Below are positions 1-10,790 of a stretch of DNA of 64,000 bases, one piece after another. Source of the stretch: Cyanidioschyzon merolae (lineage: Eukaryota). The notes below the pieces were generated by a model, which had not been told where the DNA came from, did not search any database, and was given only the letters and a program-made list of their open reading frames with translations. Every line of letters begins with the position of its first letter. Position 1 is the stretch's first letter. Made by a program: the position numbers and the translations under genes. The stretch lies in the NCBI GenBank assembly GCA_000091205.1, contig AP006501.2, one strand, 5' to 3'.

Positions 1-227
1 CGTTCCAGCGATCGAGCGCGTGTTTCTCGGGGGAGATGTCTGGAAACGTCAAGAAGAGGAAGGCTTCACGCACCACGGCACGTCATTCGCTCCCAGGCTG
101 CAATGTCTTCATGATGCCCCGAAGTGCGCGTCAGTTCGCCGGATACCGGTGTCGCTCATGACCTGGGGAACGATTCCTCGCCGCTGGTGGTGCCCATGTG
201 GCCACGAGTTGTGCGGCTGTTTCAGGA

Positions 228-301
228 ACAACGTAACGCAACGCAACGTAACGTAACGCAACGTAACGTAACGCAACGTAACGCAACGCAACGTAACGCA
301 A
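228..301. repeat. Hexanucleotide microsatellite (AACGYA)n, about 12 units
   Basis: Read directly: caacgtaacgcaacgcaacgtaacgtaacgcaacgtaacgtaacgcaacg... It creates reciprocal repetitive ORFs on both strands (VTLRCVTLRYVTLRY / QRNVTQRNVTQRN), so I treat those ORFs as non-coding. Confidence 0.9.
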
Positions 302-1755
302 CTGCGCATTCTCGAGCGCGTATGGTGAAGGAAGCGAGCTGTTGCGTGACAGCGCCTGCCGCGTACCCTACGCTGTCGCGACCCTGAGCCTTGTTCAAGT
401 CTGGAGAACGTGCGCGTCGCGAAACGAGCGGCCAGATGCAGTGCGACCTGTCGCGCTCGCAATGTCGTGCTGTGGTTATCAGCGGATATTGACGCGAATG
501 CCACGGCATTGTAGCGGCGTCTCTGTAAACCATACGGCCGCTCGTCGGCTGCAGTACGTGCTTTATTCTGCCACGGACGCGTGCTTGGTGCAAGCCAGCG
601 TGTTCTTATACAGACCAGTTCATCCACAGAACAAGGGTGATGCATGTTTCGATTTGAGTTTTGATATCGCTGACCATTGGGGGTATGCTTCCCGAAACGG
701 TCCCTGTGTCATGCAGGTTTACGCCCGCCTGACGACCCGGTGTTCGCACCGCACTGCGACCAAACGCGCGGCTCCATCAGCTTGTCTGGCATCACTCAGA
801 AGCTGGACGAGGCGGCCTGGCGGGCGCGTTCGTGGCTTGCGTCCCCGGCGCAGCTGCTCAACTAGATTGCAGCGCATGCGGGCATGCACGACGTCCGCGC
901 TCTCTTGTTACGCACACTGGGAGCCAGGTATTCGCAAGAGCTCACGCGAGTGGCGGGCGCGCTTGGTGTTTGGCGCGTAGCCGAGCGCTGCACCTATGCC
1001 CCGGGGCTTACAAAACGCATATCTGTGACCTAGCTCTGCAGCAATGCTTCTCACGGTGAGCCGCGTGGATCATAAAAAGTGTCGTTTTTGATTGCCCTGT
1101 CATCCGCGAAAGCAGCATGTTCAAAGCTTATTGAATCCTGGAAGCGACTGTTCTCGGAAACTGATGTTTCATCTCGAATCACCGGCGGCAGCGGCAGCGG
1201 TATTGCCTCGAGCCGTCACCTCGCCAACGCGTCGAAGAGCCGGTCGGCCGCAGAGCATTGAACGCGGCAACAATTGTCGTGCGAAACCAAATGCCAACGC
1301 TAGACACCGTTCAGCAGCTCTGTCTCTGGGGGGATCAACTGCGACGCGGGCGTAGCCCGAGTCACGCCACGCTTCTGGAACATGTTTGATGCCCCGAACG
1401 TCGCTAGATCGAATCAACTTGTATTCCTTCGGGAAACACATCCCGGTCGATTATGGTATGCAGATGCGTATCTGGATAGGCTGGGGTATCTTTCATTTCC
1501 TCTAGGAGCAGTTATGTATCCACGAGAAGCCTGATAAGATTCATCGATCTCACACCATGAAAAATCGACAAGCTTGGCACCCAGCAGTGCACTGTACGGA
1601 CTCTCGCTGCCCACCAAACAGGAACACTCGTCTGGGGCTTGCGGAAAATACAAGCGCCTTGTGAAGCTACAGCATTTTCCATCCGCAGGATAGGCAGCAC
1701 CTGCACATTCCACTGCGTACTCGCACTGCACGCATCGATCATGCATCATGCATCG

Positions 1756-1824
1756 TAATTCGATCGTGCATCAAGCACCATAATTCGATCGTGCATCAAG
1801 CACTATAATTCGATCGTGCATCAC
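1756..1824. repeat. 25-bp tandem repeat x3 (taattcgatcgtgcatcaagcac) in the 5' region of the CBS-domain gene
   Basis: Three consecutive near-identical 25-mers at 1756, 1781 and 1806. They are followed by (GCT)n at about 1866-1885 and (GGCT)n at about 1945-1972. Confidence 0.85.
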
Positions 1825-2799
1825 CAGTGCCTACGCATCTGGCACTGCCGCATTCTTTCCATGATAGGCGCTGCTGCTGCTGCTGCTGCATGCGTGAGGC
1901 ATCCGGTGAACGCCTGCGGGCATGCGTGCCGATCTGCCAATGGAATCTGTGGCTGGCTGGCTGGCTGGCTGGTGCTGCTGCGCACGCGCGCTTTCACCCA
2001 ATTGTTTACACCACGGTGCCGAGCATTGGTGTCACCCAGCGGTATGCGCAGTCTCCAGCGTCTCTTGCCAGTTTGGCGTCAAAAGAGCGCGGTAGAATCG
2101 GTGGTTATCGCTCCACTAGTGCAATGGAGAAGACGCTTGGCTGCTCTAGCGATGCTGGAGCGCGAGTTACCCCAGTACCTAGACCTGGACTCGTGGCAAA
2201 TGACGCTGGCACAGTTCATTCAGAGCCAGCCACGAAGAGCGTACACCATATCGCCCGAGTCGACGGTATTCGAAGCTGTACAGAAAATGGTAGCGCACAA
2301 CGTTGGTGCTGTCGCGGTGGTGGAACCGGACGCAAACGATGCCGCACGACAGGCACAGCGGCTCGTTGGCATCTTCACGGAACGCGACTACTTGCGGAAA
2401 ATTATTGTTGCCTCGAAGGCATCGAAAACAACCCCCATAGCTGAGGTCATGACCCAAGACCCGGTATGCGTAACGCCGCAGCAACGAGTCGGTGACGCGC
2501 TTCACCTCATGACGGAGCTCGATATACGACATCTGCCCGTACTGGAGAGCCTGCCGAACGGCTCCCTGCTGACGATGGTTTCCATGCGCCAACTCATGCG
2601 CGAGGTAGCGGCTAGTCACGAGAAACAGGTCTCTGCGCTGATGGCACAGCTGCGGAAACTCTCGCTCCTCGTGGTCGACGATCGCTCTCCCGGGGACGGA
2701 GCAGCGACACTGGGTCCGGCGTCATCGACGACACCGAACACGAGGACGATCCACACGGGATCGGATCGCTTGAGCCTGAAATCCTGGTGGCAGCGCTGA
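1816..2799 (+). CDS. CBS-domain pair protein (CBSX-like); probably organelle-targeted
   Basis: Two CBS motifs: 'ISPESTVFEAVQKMVAHNVGAVAVVE...LVGIFTERDYLRKI' and 'VTPQQRVGDALHLMTELDIRHLPVL'. The track start is GTG. In-frame ATGs lie at 1861 and 2044, and 2044 gives 'MRSLQRLLPVWRQKS', which looks like a presequence. The start is uncertain. Confidence 0.7.
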   Translation: MHHQCLRIWHCRILSMIGAAAAAAACVRHPVNACGHACRSANGICGWLAGWLVLLRTRAFTQLFTPRCRALVSPSGMRSLQRLLPVWRQKSAVESVVIAPLVQWRRRLAALAMLERELPQYLDLDSWQMTLAQFIQSQPRRAYTISPESTVFEAVQKMVAHNVGAVAVVEPDANDAARQAQRLVGIFTERDYLRKIIVASKASKTTPIAEVMTQDPVCVTPQQRVGDALHLMTELDIRHLPVLESLPNGSLLTMVSMRQLMREVAASHEKQVSALMAQLRKLSLLVVDDRSPGDGAATLGPASSTTPNTRTIHTGSDRLSLKSWWQR

Positions 2800-3292
2800 A
2801 CGCTTGAGCGCTTCACGTGCAACGGACGGGAATCGTTCCGGGCACGCGCTGCTGAGTGGAGGTCTCGTCCAGCAGGTGACGCACGGTACCAGTGCGCCGA
2901 GGTGGCGCTCGCAAAGCCACGTATAAAAAAACTTTCCCCGTACTCGACGCAGTATATGCTTTACGGCGACTCAGATTCGCAAATGTTGGCTCGTAGTCGT
3001 ACGCATTGCCAAACAAGTCCGCGGATACAAAACTACCCAGAGTACATGAAGCATCCACGCGCAGCGCCTGCTCGCACGGGATGCTCGTACGGTGGCGAAA
3101 GCGGATACCCGCGCTGCGTTGACATGTGCCCGACAACCGGTGAACCAGCGAACGCTGTTCGCGAAAAACAAAAGTGATGGCAAGTGTGGTATTCCAAGGA
3201 CGCGCTGAGGACAGTATTCGGGTTTCGAGCACATCCTAGTGACCAGGGTGCAGTGCATTGAGGCCCCTGCACGAGCCAATCACTGACAAGTC

Positions 3293-5458
3293 TTATCGAT
3301 TCGCGGGATGACGCGGTCGAGGAGGTATCATCGCCGAGACACCCGGAACGGGCGCCCCGGTGTCAGCAGAAGCAGCCGTGGTGCGCGCACTGCCAGCGCT
3401 GCTCAGGCCGCCGCTCGGTGCCTTCCACTGGGCCTTGGAACGTGAAGTGGTGGGTTTTGTTTCCAGCCGTGCGCCATCTGAAGGCGAGGAACTAAGCATC
3501 AACAGATTTCCCGGAGAGAGTTCAAATTCGGACGCATCCGCCATGGGCAAGAGGGCTGCGCTAGCGCCAGCTGCCCCTGCTCCTGTGCCAGCTGCTCCTG
3601 TGCCGAATCTGCTCGTCGAGGCGTCGAGTGCAGACGCGCTGCTGCGGCTCGTGTCGTCGATATGCGGCATAGCGCGTTGCGAATGCAACGCAGACTCGCC
3701 AGTGATGCCACCGGCTGCCGTGCGATGCGCCTCGCCCGCATGTTCACCTCTTAGCGCCGGCCCGCGGCCCGCTGTGCAGGACATATCTGTGGAGCACTGC
3801 TCGAGCGCATCCATGGGGACCAGGGCCGAAGCGGGCGCCTCGGCGAGGCGGGTACCTCGGTAAGTCACGTCCTTGCGCTCATCCTCAGACATTGGTGGAT
3901 CCGAATCCAATGGCTGGGGCATGACAAAGTACGCTGCCGCAGCATTCGCGGAGGTTGAGATGCTTTTCCAGTACTCTGGTGTGCGTCCAGTATAGAGATA
4001 ATCGCGCGGACTCGACCCGAGCAGGCTGGATGTTCCGGTGGGGAATCCTGAATGGTTGCCTCCTCCGAGCCAACCCGTATTCGTGCCGAACGAGTGCATC
4101 GGATGCGTCGTCCACGGCATGGTTTGTTCGTACGACATACCGCTCGGTGGCGACGAAGCACCGGTCGGATGCATCGCCATCACGCCTTGGATGTGGGCAG
4201 ACGTCTGACCATTCGCTGCAGCAACCATTGCCATGGTGTTGTGGTAGTGGCCGATCGAGCCAGCATTGTTCGTGTCTGCTGCTGGAGAGCCGTACGGATT
4301 AAAGTACAATGGAGATGAACCTGCGGTCATCTGGGCGAGGCTTTGGGGCAGGCCCTGGTGAAATGACATCTCGGCGGTCTCAATGGGGCTCGAATCACGG
4401 TGCATGTAAGAAAAATGCACCGAAACGTGATCCGCTCCACCCTCGAATACAGTTCCAAGACCGGAAAGCGCGCGTGTATCGCCACGCACAGGATTTGCCA
4501 CCAGAATGTGTCGACTATCCGGATTCGTGTGCATTCCCGAGGTACCGACGGGCATCGGTTGGCTCGACCGCATGGTGCGGGCGCCTCCTGCAGGTGCATC
4601 ACCGGCTCGTGGTCGCATGTTCATGTTCGAAAAATCGGCACTGGTCGAGGTCGAAAAAGCAGACTCCGAATGGGGGCCTGTTCCAACAGCCCCAAGCACG
4701 GGTCGCCCCATCAGCCGGTCTCCCATGATACCCAGAGCGCTCGAATGGGCACCAACCTGAGTAGTGTCGGCGTCGGTCGAGACGGCCGCCAGAACTCTGT
4801 CTTGACCATTGTAAACCTCGCACTCTGGGTGTTTCGCAAGGTACTTGGCGAGATTTTTCCGCAGCGGTGCGGCATTCCCAGTGACTTTGCGGCGCTCTAT
4901 TCGATGCCAGATGGGCACGTGTTCATTGTCGACCATGGACGCGCGGACTTCGGGGTCAAGACGCTCATCCTGTCCATCGAATACCTCGCACTCGGGGTGC
5001 CTGCTCAGATACTTGCGCAGGTTCCGCCGCAGCGGAGCCGCATTCCCAGCGATTTTACGCAACTCGGCACGATTCCATATCGTCACGTGCATGTTCGCCT
5101 CTTCCTCTGATAGCTGCGACACGTCCTCTTGTAGCATCTTTAAAGTAGCGTGGTTCACGGGCAAGTTGCGAAAGATGGTGGCAGGTTCCGCGCCGCCGCC
5201 CAACGAGTCCGAGTCGGCCTGCGAGGGACTTGTCGCTCGCGAGCCCACTGTGTCTGCTCCGGGTTCGCTTTTCTCGGAACTTTTGCCCCCGTCGTGCACC
5301 TGGAAGGAACTGGCCACTGATTCCATTCCAACGTCAGGGGACAGCGGTGCGTCACCCGCGACAAGGCCCCCAAGCGCGGCTGCGTGCTGTTTCGAAACCG
5401 CAGCCGCTCGCAAAGCCCCCTGGGTCAGCCCGCCTCCCCCGTCTGGTAAAGCTTCCAT
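3293..5458 (-). CDS. Hypothetical Ser/Gly/Ala-rich protein with a tandemly duplicated ~42-aa motif (IW-R-E-RKI-GNAAPLRRNLRKYL-HPECEV-GQD); family not recognised
   Basis: 721-aa ORF starting at ATG 5458. Two adjacent copies: 'HVTIWNRAELRKIAGNAAPLRRNLRKYLSRHPECEVFDGQD' and 'HVPIWHRIERRKVTGNAAPLRKNLAKYLAKHPECEVYNGQD'. The rest is low-complexity. The overlapping plus-strand ORFs are the antisense reading of the same GC-rich repeat. Confidence 0.45.
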   Translation of the reverse strand: MEALPDGGGGLTQGALRAAAVSKQHAAALGGLVAGDAPLSPDVGMESVASSFQVHDGGKSSEKSEPGADTVGSRATSPSQADSDSLGGGAEPATIFRNLPVNHATLKMLQEDVSQLSEEEANMHVTIWNRAELRKIAGNAAPLRRNLRKYLSRHPECEVFDGQDERLDPEVRASMVDNEHVPIWHRIERRKVTGNAAPLRKNLAKYLAKHPECEVYNGQDRVLAAVSTDADTTQVGAHSSALGIMGDRLMGRPVLGAVGTGPHSESAFSTSTSADFSNMNMRPRAGDAPAGGARTMRSSQPMPVGTSGMHTNPDSRHILVANPVRGDTRALSGLGTVFEGGADHVSVHFSYMHRDSSPIETAEMSFHQGLPQSLAQMTAGSSPLYFNPYGSPAADTNNAGSIGHYHNTMAMVAAANGQTSAHIQGVMAMHPTGASSPPSGMSYEQTMPWTTHPMHSFGTNTGWLGGGNHSGFPTGTSSLLGSSPRDYLYTGRTPEYWKSISTSANAAAAYFVMPQPLDSDPPMSEDERKDVTYRGTRLAEAPASALVPMDALEQCSTDMSCTAGRGPALRGEHAGEAHRTAAGGITGESALHSQRAMPHIDDTSRSSASALDASTSRFGTGAAGTGAGAAGASAALLPMADASEFELSPGNLLMLSSSPSDGARLETKPTTSRSKAQWKAPSGGLSSAGSARTTAASADTGAPVPGVSAMIPPRPRHPANR

Positions 5459-6801
5459 GTCTTAAGCGCGGCTCCTTCCCCAAAATCAATGAAGAGCCAG
5501 CCTCAAGCAAGAAGGAGTCGGTTGAAACGAACAGCCTGCGAGGCGCCCCGCAAAAACAGGTTTCGAAAACTGCGCACCCGTTCCTAGATCGAATCCATGG
5601 CTAGCGCGAGACGCGAAGCGCTGTGTGCTGAAGATCCTTCAAAGGCTAAACAAAAATGTATTTTTCGGTCAGTAGACGTGAAATGGTATGATTCGATTTA
5701 GGTAGATTAGTACAGACTTTTAACCTCGATGGGATGCGTGGCCTCTAGACGCGACGTTGCTGACGAGGTACAGCGCGCCTATGTATTCGTTTTGTTGCAA
5801 ATCTTCTCCTCCACGAGGTGATGCAACTAGCGTGGAGCACCAGGCAGCATTGCGGACAAAATACGAGCGTTGTACATAGAGCACTGAATAGTGCACGGAG
5901 TCGGTGCCCGCGCTGGGGCACGGGGTCGATGTGAGAATCAGGCTCTGTGGCGTGGCGTGGCATAGCGTGGCGTGGCGGTAGCGGTGCCGTTTGCCCTTTC
6001 TGCTGCACGTGTGCTCGTCTAGACCACACCTATACGAACCGTTTTGTTTTAGAAGCACCGCCGCATGGCAAAGAGAACTGCAGAATGCAGGTACTTTTTG
6101 AAATAACGCTTGGGCACTCTATTGGACACAGTGCGGACGCAAGCTAAGCGCTATCTTCAGCCTCAGTGCGAGGTTTGTCGGAACTAGTCAGTACCACCGA
6201 AGCAAGTAACTGCAGATTTTTTGAATAGCACGGATCTCCTGCTGCTTCTCGATTCAAATCGGAATAACCATAACGACTAATACGTCGACAAAGCCGATGG
6301 AGCGTAGGTGCAGTGCGCGTGCGCGTACCTGTGGGGTGACGGTTTGCTCCGCGCTGCGTATTCAGGTGGCGCGCTGCAGCTCGTGTACCGTGCAGTACCT
6401 TTCGCTGAGCGACGCCAGTCACAGGAGGACGCCTCTGCTTGGCAGATGAGTGGGCACTCGCGCAAGAGCGGTCGCACGCCGTCACGCACTACCACAGAGA
6501 CAGCGTGCTTCTCGTGTTGACGCTTTCGCAGCTACAGTCGCGTCGCTGCTCGAAATCACACCTGTAAGAGTGATTCAATCGCCACCGCCACTGCTGGTTT
6601 GTTTTCGATAGCTGTCCACCGACGATGAATGCCTTGTCCAGCTGTCAACAAATGCCGTCTCGTCGAGATGACGCGCGGATGAGACACGCTGTGGCTGGTT
6701 CGGACGCTGCGAGCACCGCAGCACGAGTCTTTGTGCCTATGGAGCAACCGACTTTTGGGTGAACCTCTCCATCCTTGCTTGTGCTTCATGGCTAGGCGCG
6801 A

Positions 6802-8055
6802 ATGCGTTACCTACCGCTCCCTCTTGTATGCGAAATAGCGTCACGGCGCTGGCGAGTCTGGCGCGCTCATACACGATCCTCTGTAAACTGGATCGCAAAA
6901 CCGCTTTATCTAGGTCTGAGCCTCGTTTTGATTTCTTGTGTATGGTGGCTTTTGTCCCACCAGGTAAACTTGGCGGCCTGCTGGCAGAGATACCGCCACG
7001 CCTCAGCGCCCTACCAGCGCTTGGATGTGAAGCAGGTCGATACGCCCCGCATCGCCATCGTGACAGGGGCGACGTCCGCGTTCCTGAATCGATTCTCGCT
7101 TGCCATCACGAACAAACAATGCTTTGCACGGCTTCATGGGTACGAATTTATCATAGATATTCGAGATTGGTCGGAAGTGCACGGTAAGAGCGACTACTGG
7201 AATCGTTTGTGGTTTTTGATGGAATATGTCCAGGCGTGTCTTGGTGGCAACTCGTGTCCGGACTGGATCTTCTACGTGGATGCCGACGCAATGGTGATGA
7301 ACACCAGCATTCCGCTGAGCGCTTTCACTGACGCAGTATCCGAAGATATCGATCTCGTGCTGCATGATGGTGCCGATTACATCAACTCTGGAGCGTTTTT
7401 CATTCGACCAACGGAATGGTCGTTGGCCTTTTTGGAGAAATGGCGAGCGCAAGCCGATGAGCCGCAAACGCTCGCAGACCAGTCAGCGCTCTGGGAGGTG
7501 CTCCTCGAGCTGGCGGATGCGCATGCGCAAGTGGATGCATCCCTGCAACCATCTCCAGCAGTTGTTGCACGCTACACCGGAGCTTGCAAGCCGCAACAAC
7601 TTCACCGAGGCACACCAGACGAGAACTGCTTCACCTGGGACACCTGTCGATGCAAAAGGTGTCTTCGACGCGCAGAGCGCTGCTGGCGGGAGGAAATGCG
7701 TCGCCTGGGGCATCCGTACGGGCAGCGGCGGCTGCCTAAAGTCCATTTCTGGTCACCAGACGGAGACTGGACTACAAACTGGACGAAGCCATGGCCAAGG
7801 GGTTTCAATTTTTACGCCTCTGTGGGCCACTGGGGCAACGTGGAACGATGTCATCCTGCGCAGTTGTGGCGACTGGGCGATCTGCTGGTCCAAGATGCCA
7901 AAGGTCTTGGCCAGGCCTACGCAACCTGGTGGGATGCTTTCCGCTGCCCGACGACGATGACGACAGAGCAGCTTCTTGTACACCTCGAAGCATCGAGAGG
8001 TCCGACGCACCAGCAGCTCTGGGGTCCTAGCGGGCGCTTCCAGGGCTCGCGCTAA
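6802..8055 (+). CDS. Glycosyltransferase family 34-like (GMA12/MNN10-type galactosyl/xylosyl/mannosyltransferase), type II membrane topology
   Basis: ATG at 6802. N-terminal TM segment 'LYLGLSLVLISCVWWLL'. GT34-like blocks: 'IAIVTGATSAF...HGYEFIIDIRDW...DYWNRLWF...WIFYVDADAMVMN...DIDLVLHDGADYINSGAFFIRPTEWSLAFLEKW'. Confidence 0.7.
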   Translation: MRYLPLPLVCEIASRRWRVWRAHTRSSVNWIAKPLYLGLSLVLISCVWWLLSHQVNLAACWQRYRHASAPYQRLDVKQVDTPRIAIVTGATSAFLNRFSLAITNKQCFARLHGYEFIIDIRDWSEVHGKSDYWNRLWFLMEYVQACLGGNSCPDWIFYVDADAMVMNTSIPLSAFTDAVSEDIDLVLHDGADYINSGAFFIRPTEWSLAFLEKWRAQADEPQTLADQSALWEVLLELADAHAQVDASLQPSPAVVARYTGACKPQQLHRGTPDENCFTWDTCRCKRCLRRAERCWREEMRRLGHPYGQRRLPKVHFWSPDGDWTTNWTKPWPRGFNFYASVGHWGNVERCHPAQLWRLGDLLVQDAKGLGQAYATWWDAFRCPTTMTTEQLLVHLEASRGPTHQQLWGPSGRFQGSR

Positions 8056-8454
8056 GACCTCATTCGCAAACGTCAAAACGGTGCCTGCGGCGGCCGACTG
8101 GAGCGCGGCTCACGGATAAGCTGCAGACGCTTCCGGACACCAGTGTGAGCGAACGAGGCGGCGCCGAACCGATGGTACTCGTCAAGGCGTGTAGTTGACC
8201 GATGCATCGGTAACCTGCAACGCAAAGCTGACAACGTCAACTGCAGCATACAGACTGCTGCTACCATATCGGTCTTCGCACATAGATGCACACATGCGAG
8301 CACACGAGGAGCCTCATAGCCGCACGCAAGGATAGACATCTGCAGAGGCTGCTGTTTGGGTCCAGCTCCGCCCAGTGGGCACAGCCGCGCTCCATGTCGC
8401 TTTGGTGCAGTGAAGCGCTGACTCTCAGATGCTGGCGTCGGTCTGCAAGTTCGA

Positions 8455-8513
8455 GCACACACACACACACACACATGCATACATACACACACAGACACAT
8501 ACACAAAGCCTCA
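8455..8513. repeat. (CA)n / degenerate CA-rich microsatellite
   Basis: cacacacacacacacacatgcatacatacacacacagacacatacaca. Confidence 0.9.
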
Positions 8514-8561
8514 GAACCGATTTGATGATGCCTGACCCAAAATACAGGTCAAGCGATCGCT

Positions 8562-9782
8562 CTAGAGAACCAATGCGCCTACGATGACCGCAAGCACTGC
8601 ACCTATCGCTGTGTTCAAAACGTTAACTGCTTCGTTGGAGAGCCACGGATACCGCCGCTGCAGGGTAGCTCCGATGACGCTCTCGATGAGGGTTGCGCTG
8701 AACGCAGACACGGAACAGATTGCAAGCGCATTCGCCTGAAACGGTATCAGCCTGGACGCTGCCCCGAAGAGCGTCAGGATCAGGATTCCCGCAGCACAAG
8801 CGATGGTGCCTTCGCGACTAATGGCACCCTCAGTACCAGGCTGCACCTCCTGCATTGTGGTGATCAAGTACGTCTTGCGTCCGTACGCCTTGCCGATTTC
8901 CGTGGCGAGCGTATCGCCTAGCTTTGTCGCCATGGATGTCAGAAAACCTAGTCGAGCAAGCGCCTTCCATCTAGCAGAAGCGCCAGTCCCTGGGAGCCAG
9001 ACGTGTAGAAGCGCGCAGAGCGCAGCGACAGCGGCCGCGCCCCAGACGTTCTCTGGGCCCCGGGCACCGCCGCGCTTCTCCGCGATGCCGAGTTGCTCCT
9101 TTCTATCCTGTTTTAAACGGGTGGCTATACTGGATATGACCAAAAAGAGCAGACAAGTGGTCCACCCAGCCCAGCCGAGTGACGCCCATAACAGCGTCCC
9201 GAGTGCGGCAGCGTGCAGCAGGCCAGCTTGCGTGAGCGCCCGCTGCCTAGAGACGAACCCAAGCGCCCAGAGTGCCCCGTTCACAAGCACAGCTGTGAGC
9301 GCCCGTCCGGATGATGGCGCCCAAGTGACGTTCATGTCGAGCCGTCTCTCTCGACCCGCACGCTGGTGACGTAAGCGTGGGGTCAAACGCGCACCGCTGT
9401 GCCCAGGAGTGACTGCCGATCGCCGGAGCCGTCGCAACGGGCACCTAATCAGCGTTGTTGCCGTGTGCACACGTTCATAGACCAGAGCCAGCTCCATTCC
9501 CGTGACACGGGACCTGGTGTTAGCCAGAGCGTGTCCACAAGCGAACGCTGCCGCATGACTCTCCTCCATAAGGCCTGGAAGGCGTTGCACTTCAGGAGCC
9601 GGCTCTGGCAACCCAGCCGTACCCTGGAGGCGCCTGCGCATGATTGCGGGTTCGCGTTTGCGTCGATGGTGCGGGATCGAAACCCCCTGATCAAAACATT
9701 CCAGAGGTGCACGTGGAACAAGTGATCGCGGAAGAAGCGGCAGCTGTTCAGGAACTGCTGTCGGGTTCCAGCGCTTCCGCAA
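8562..9782 (-). CDS. TMEM19/DUF92-family integral membrane protein
   Basis: The C-terminal 250 aa are multi-TM, with 'LTQAGLLHAAALGTLLWASLGWAGW...ATKLGDTLATEIG...TEGAISREGTIACAAGILI', which fits the DUF92 pattern (KxxDTxxSEIG, GVS-EGT). The N-terminal 150 aa are Arg-rich and the start is unsure. The track start is TTG; candidate ATGs are at aa 48, 72, 96 and 150. Confidence 0.65.
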   Translation of the reverse strand: MRKRWNPTAVPEQLPLLPRSLVPRAPLECFDQGVSIPHHRRKREPAIMRRRLQGTAGLPEPAPEVQRLPGLMEESHAAAFACGHALANTRSRVTGMELALVYERVHTATTLIRCPLRRLRRSAVTPGHSGARLTPRLRHQRAGRERRLDMNVTWAPSSGRALTAVLVNGALWALGFVSRQRALTQAGLLHAAALGTLLWASLGWAGWTTCLLFLVISSIATRLKQDRKEQLGIAEKRGGARGPENVWGAAAVAALCALLHVWLPGTGASARWKALARLGFLTSMATKLGDTLATEIGKAYGRKTYLITTMQEVQPGTEGAISREGTIACAAGILILTLFGAASRLIPFQANALAICSVSAFSATLIESVIGATLQRRYPWLSNEAVNVLNTAIGAVLAVIVGALVL

Positions 9783-10460
9783 TGGTATACCATCCGAGAG
9801 TAGAGGCTCGATCGATGCAGCGACCGTTCAGGTGCGGACACGAGGCAAGCCAAGCCTGTCGATGACGCTGGATGCGCCACTGCAGTCACCGCTCGAAAGC
9901 AGAACGTCCCTGCGATACCCATGGACCCGTTATCTTGACAAGTGCATTCGATGGGGCTGTGGTGTAGCGCTCGGGATCGCTGCCTTGACGCAGCGCACAG
10001 CCTTTTCGGCTGTTACAACAGCAACGTCTGAGCGCTGGTTGTCGCTGATGCTCGTACCTGGAATCAAGTCGTGCGATCACCGCTCTGTGAGCGCGAAAAG
10101 TGACCATTTTACGGTATCCATGAGTAGCGAAGAATCGGTCGTAAGGCATGCTGCCCGTACCCGTATGCCGCATAGAACTTGCGGGGATCGAAATCTGCCA
10201 ACCGTTCAGGAATCGATAACGAGAACGAGTGCTACGGACGCCATAGCCCGAGTCTGGGGTCGTCCCAGGCTCGAGCGGAATACCCGTGACAAGCCGCTCG
10301 CCTATGGAACGAGTCGTCGGAGTTGGGGTAAGCTCCGTACCTGCCGCCTGAGCGGCAAACGTCTGGCGCGGAATGCTGCGTCTATGCCCGGACGGGAAAG
10401 CGTGTGCAATTTGCATTTGCGACCAGCATCCTGGTCGCCACGGGAAGCTACCGCGTTGAT

Positions 10461-10790
10461 TTGTGCGTATTTTCGACTGATCATCGTTCACGCTCTGTAG
10501 CGAGGCCAGATACTGCGTACCAGAGTGCACCCACCAGCTGTTCGAGCGGAACATCGCTTGCAGCTGGGGGCCGGGCGTATTTTCGACTGATCATCGTTCA
10601 CGCTCTGTAGCGAGGCCAGATACTGCGTACCAGAGTGCATCCACCAGCTGTTCGAGCGGAACATCGCTTGCAGCTGGGGGCCGGGCGTATTTTCGACTGA
10701 TCATCGTTCACGCTCTGTAGCGAGGCCAGATACTGCGTACCAGAGTGCATCCATCAGCTGTTCGAGCGGAATATCGCTTGCAGTTGGCTT
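10461..10790. repeat. 110-bp minisatellite, 3 tandem copies
   Basis: 'tttcgactgatcatcgttcacgctctgtagcgaggccagatactgcgtaccagagtgca' recurs at 10471, 10581 and 10691. Copies 2 and 3 are nearly identical; copy 1 differs at its 5' edge. The overlapping ORFs on both strands are repeat artefacts. Confidence 0.9.

Noticed and set aside
3360-5465. Long plus-strand ORFs (3360-3863, 3955-4302, 4400-5110, 4845-5465) overlapping the 721-aa minus-strand gene. Similar antisense ORFs occur inside the CM1 gene (for example 17093-17572 -) and the Sec1 and UFD2 genes.
   Set aside because: High GC suppresses stop codons on the antisense strand. These ORFs have Arg/Ala/Ser-biased, motif-free translations and simply mirror the repeats of the sense gene, so I treat them as non-coding.
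9832-10554. Mutually overlapping 222-aa ORFs on both strands (9832-10500 + and 9886-10554 -) next to the minisatellite.
   Set aside because: Neither has recognisable motifs. Both run into the 110-bp repeat array, and their compositions are typical of GC-rich non-coding sequence.
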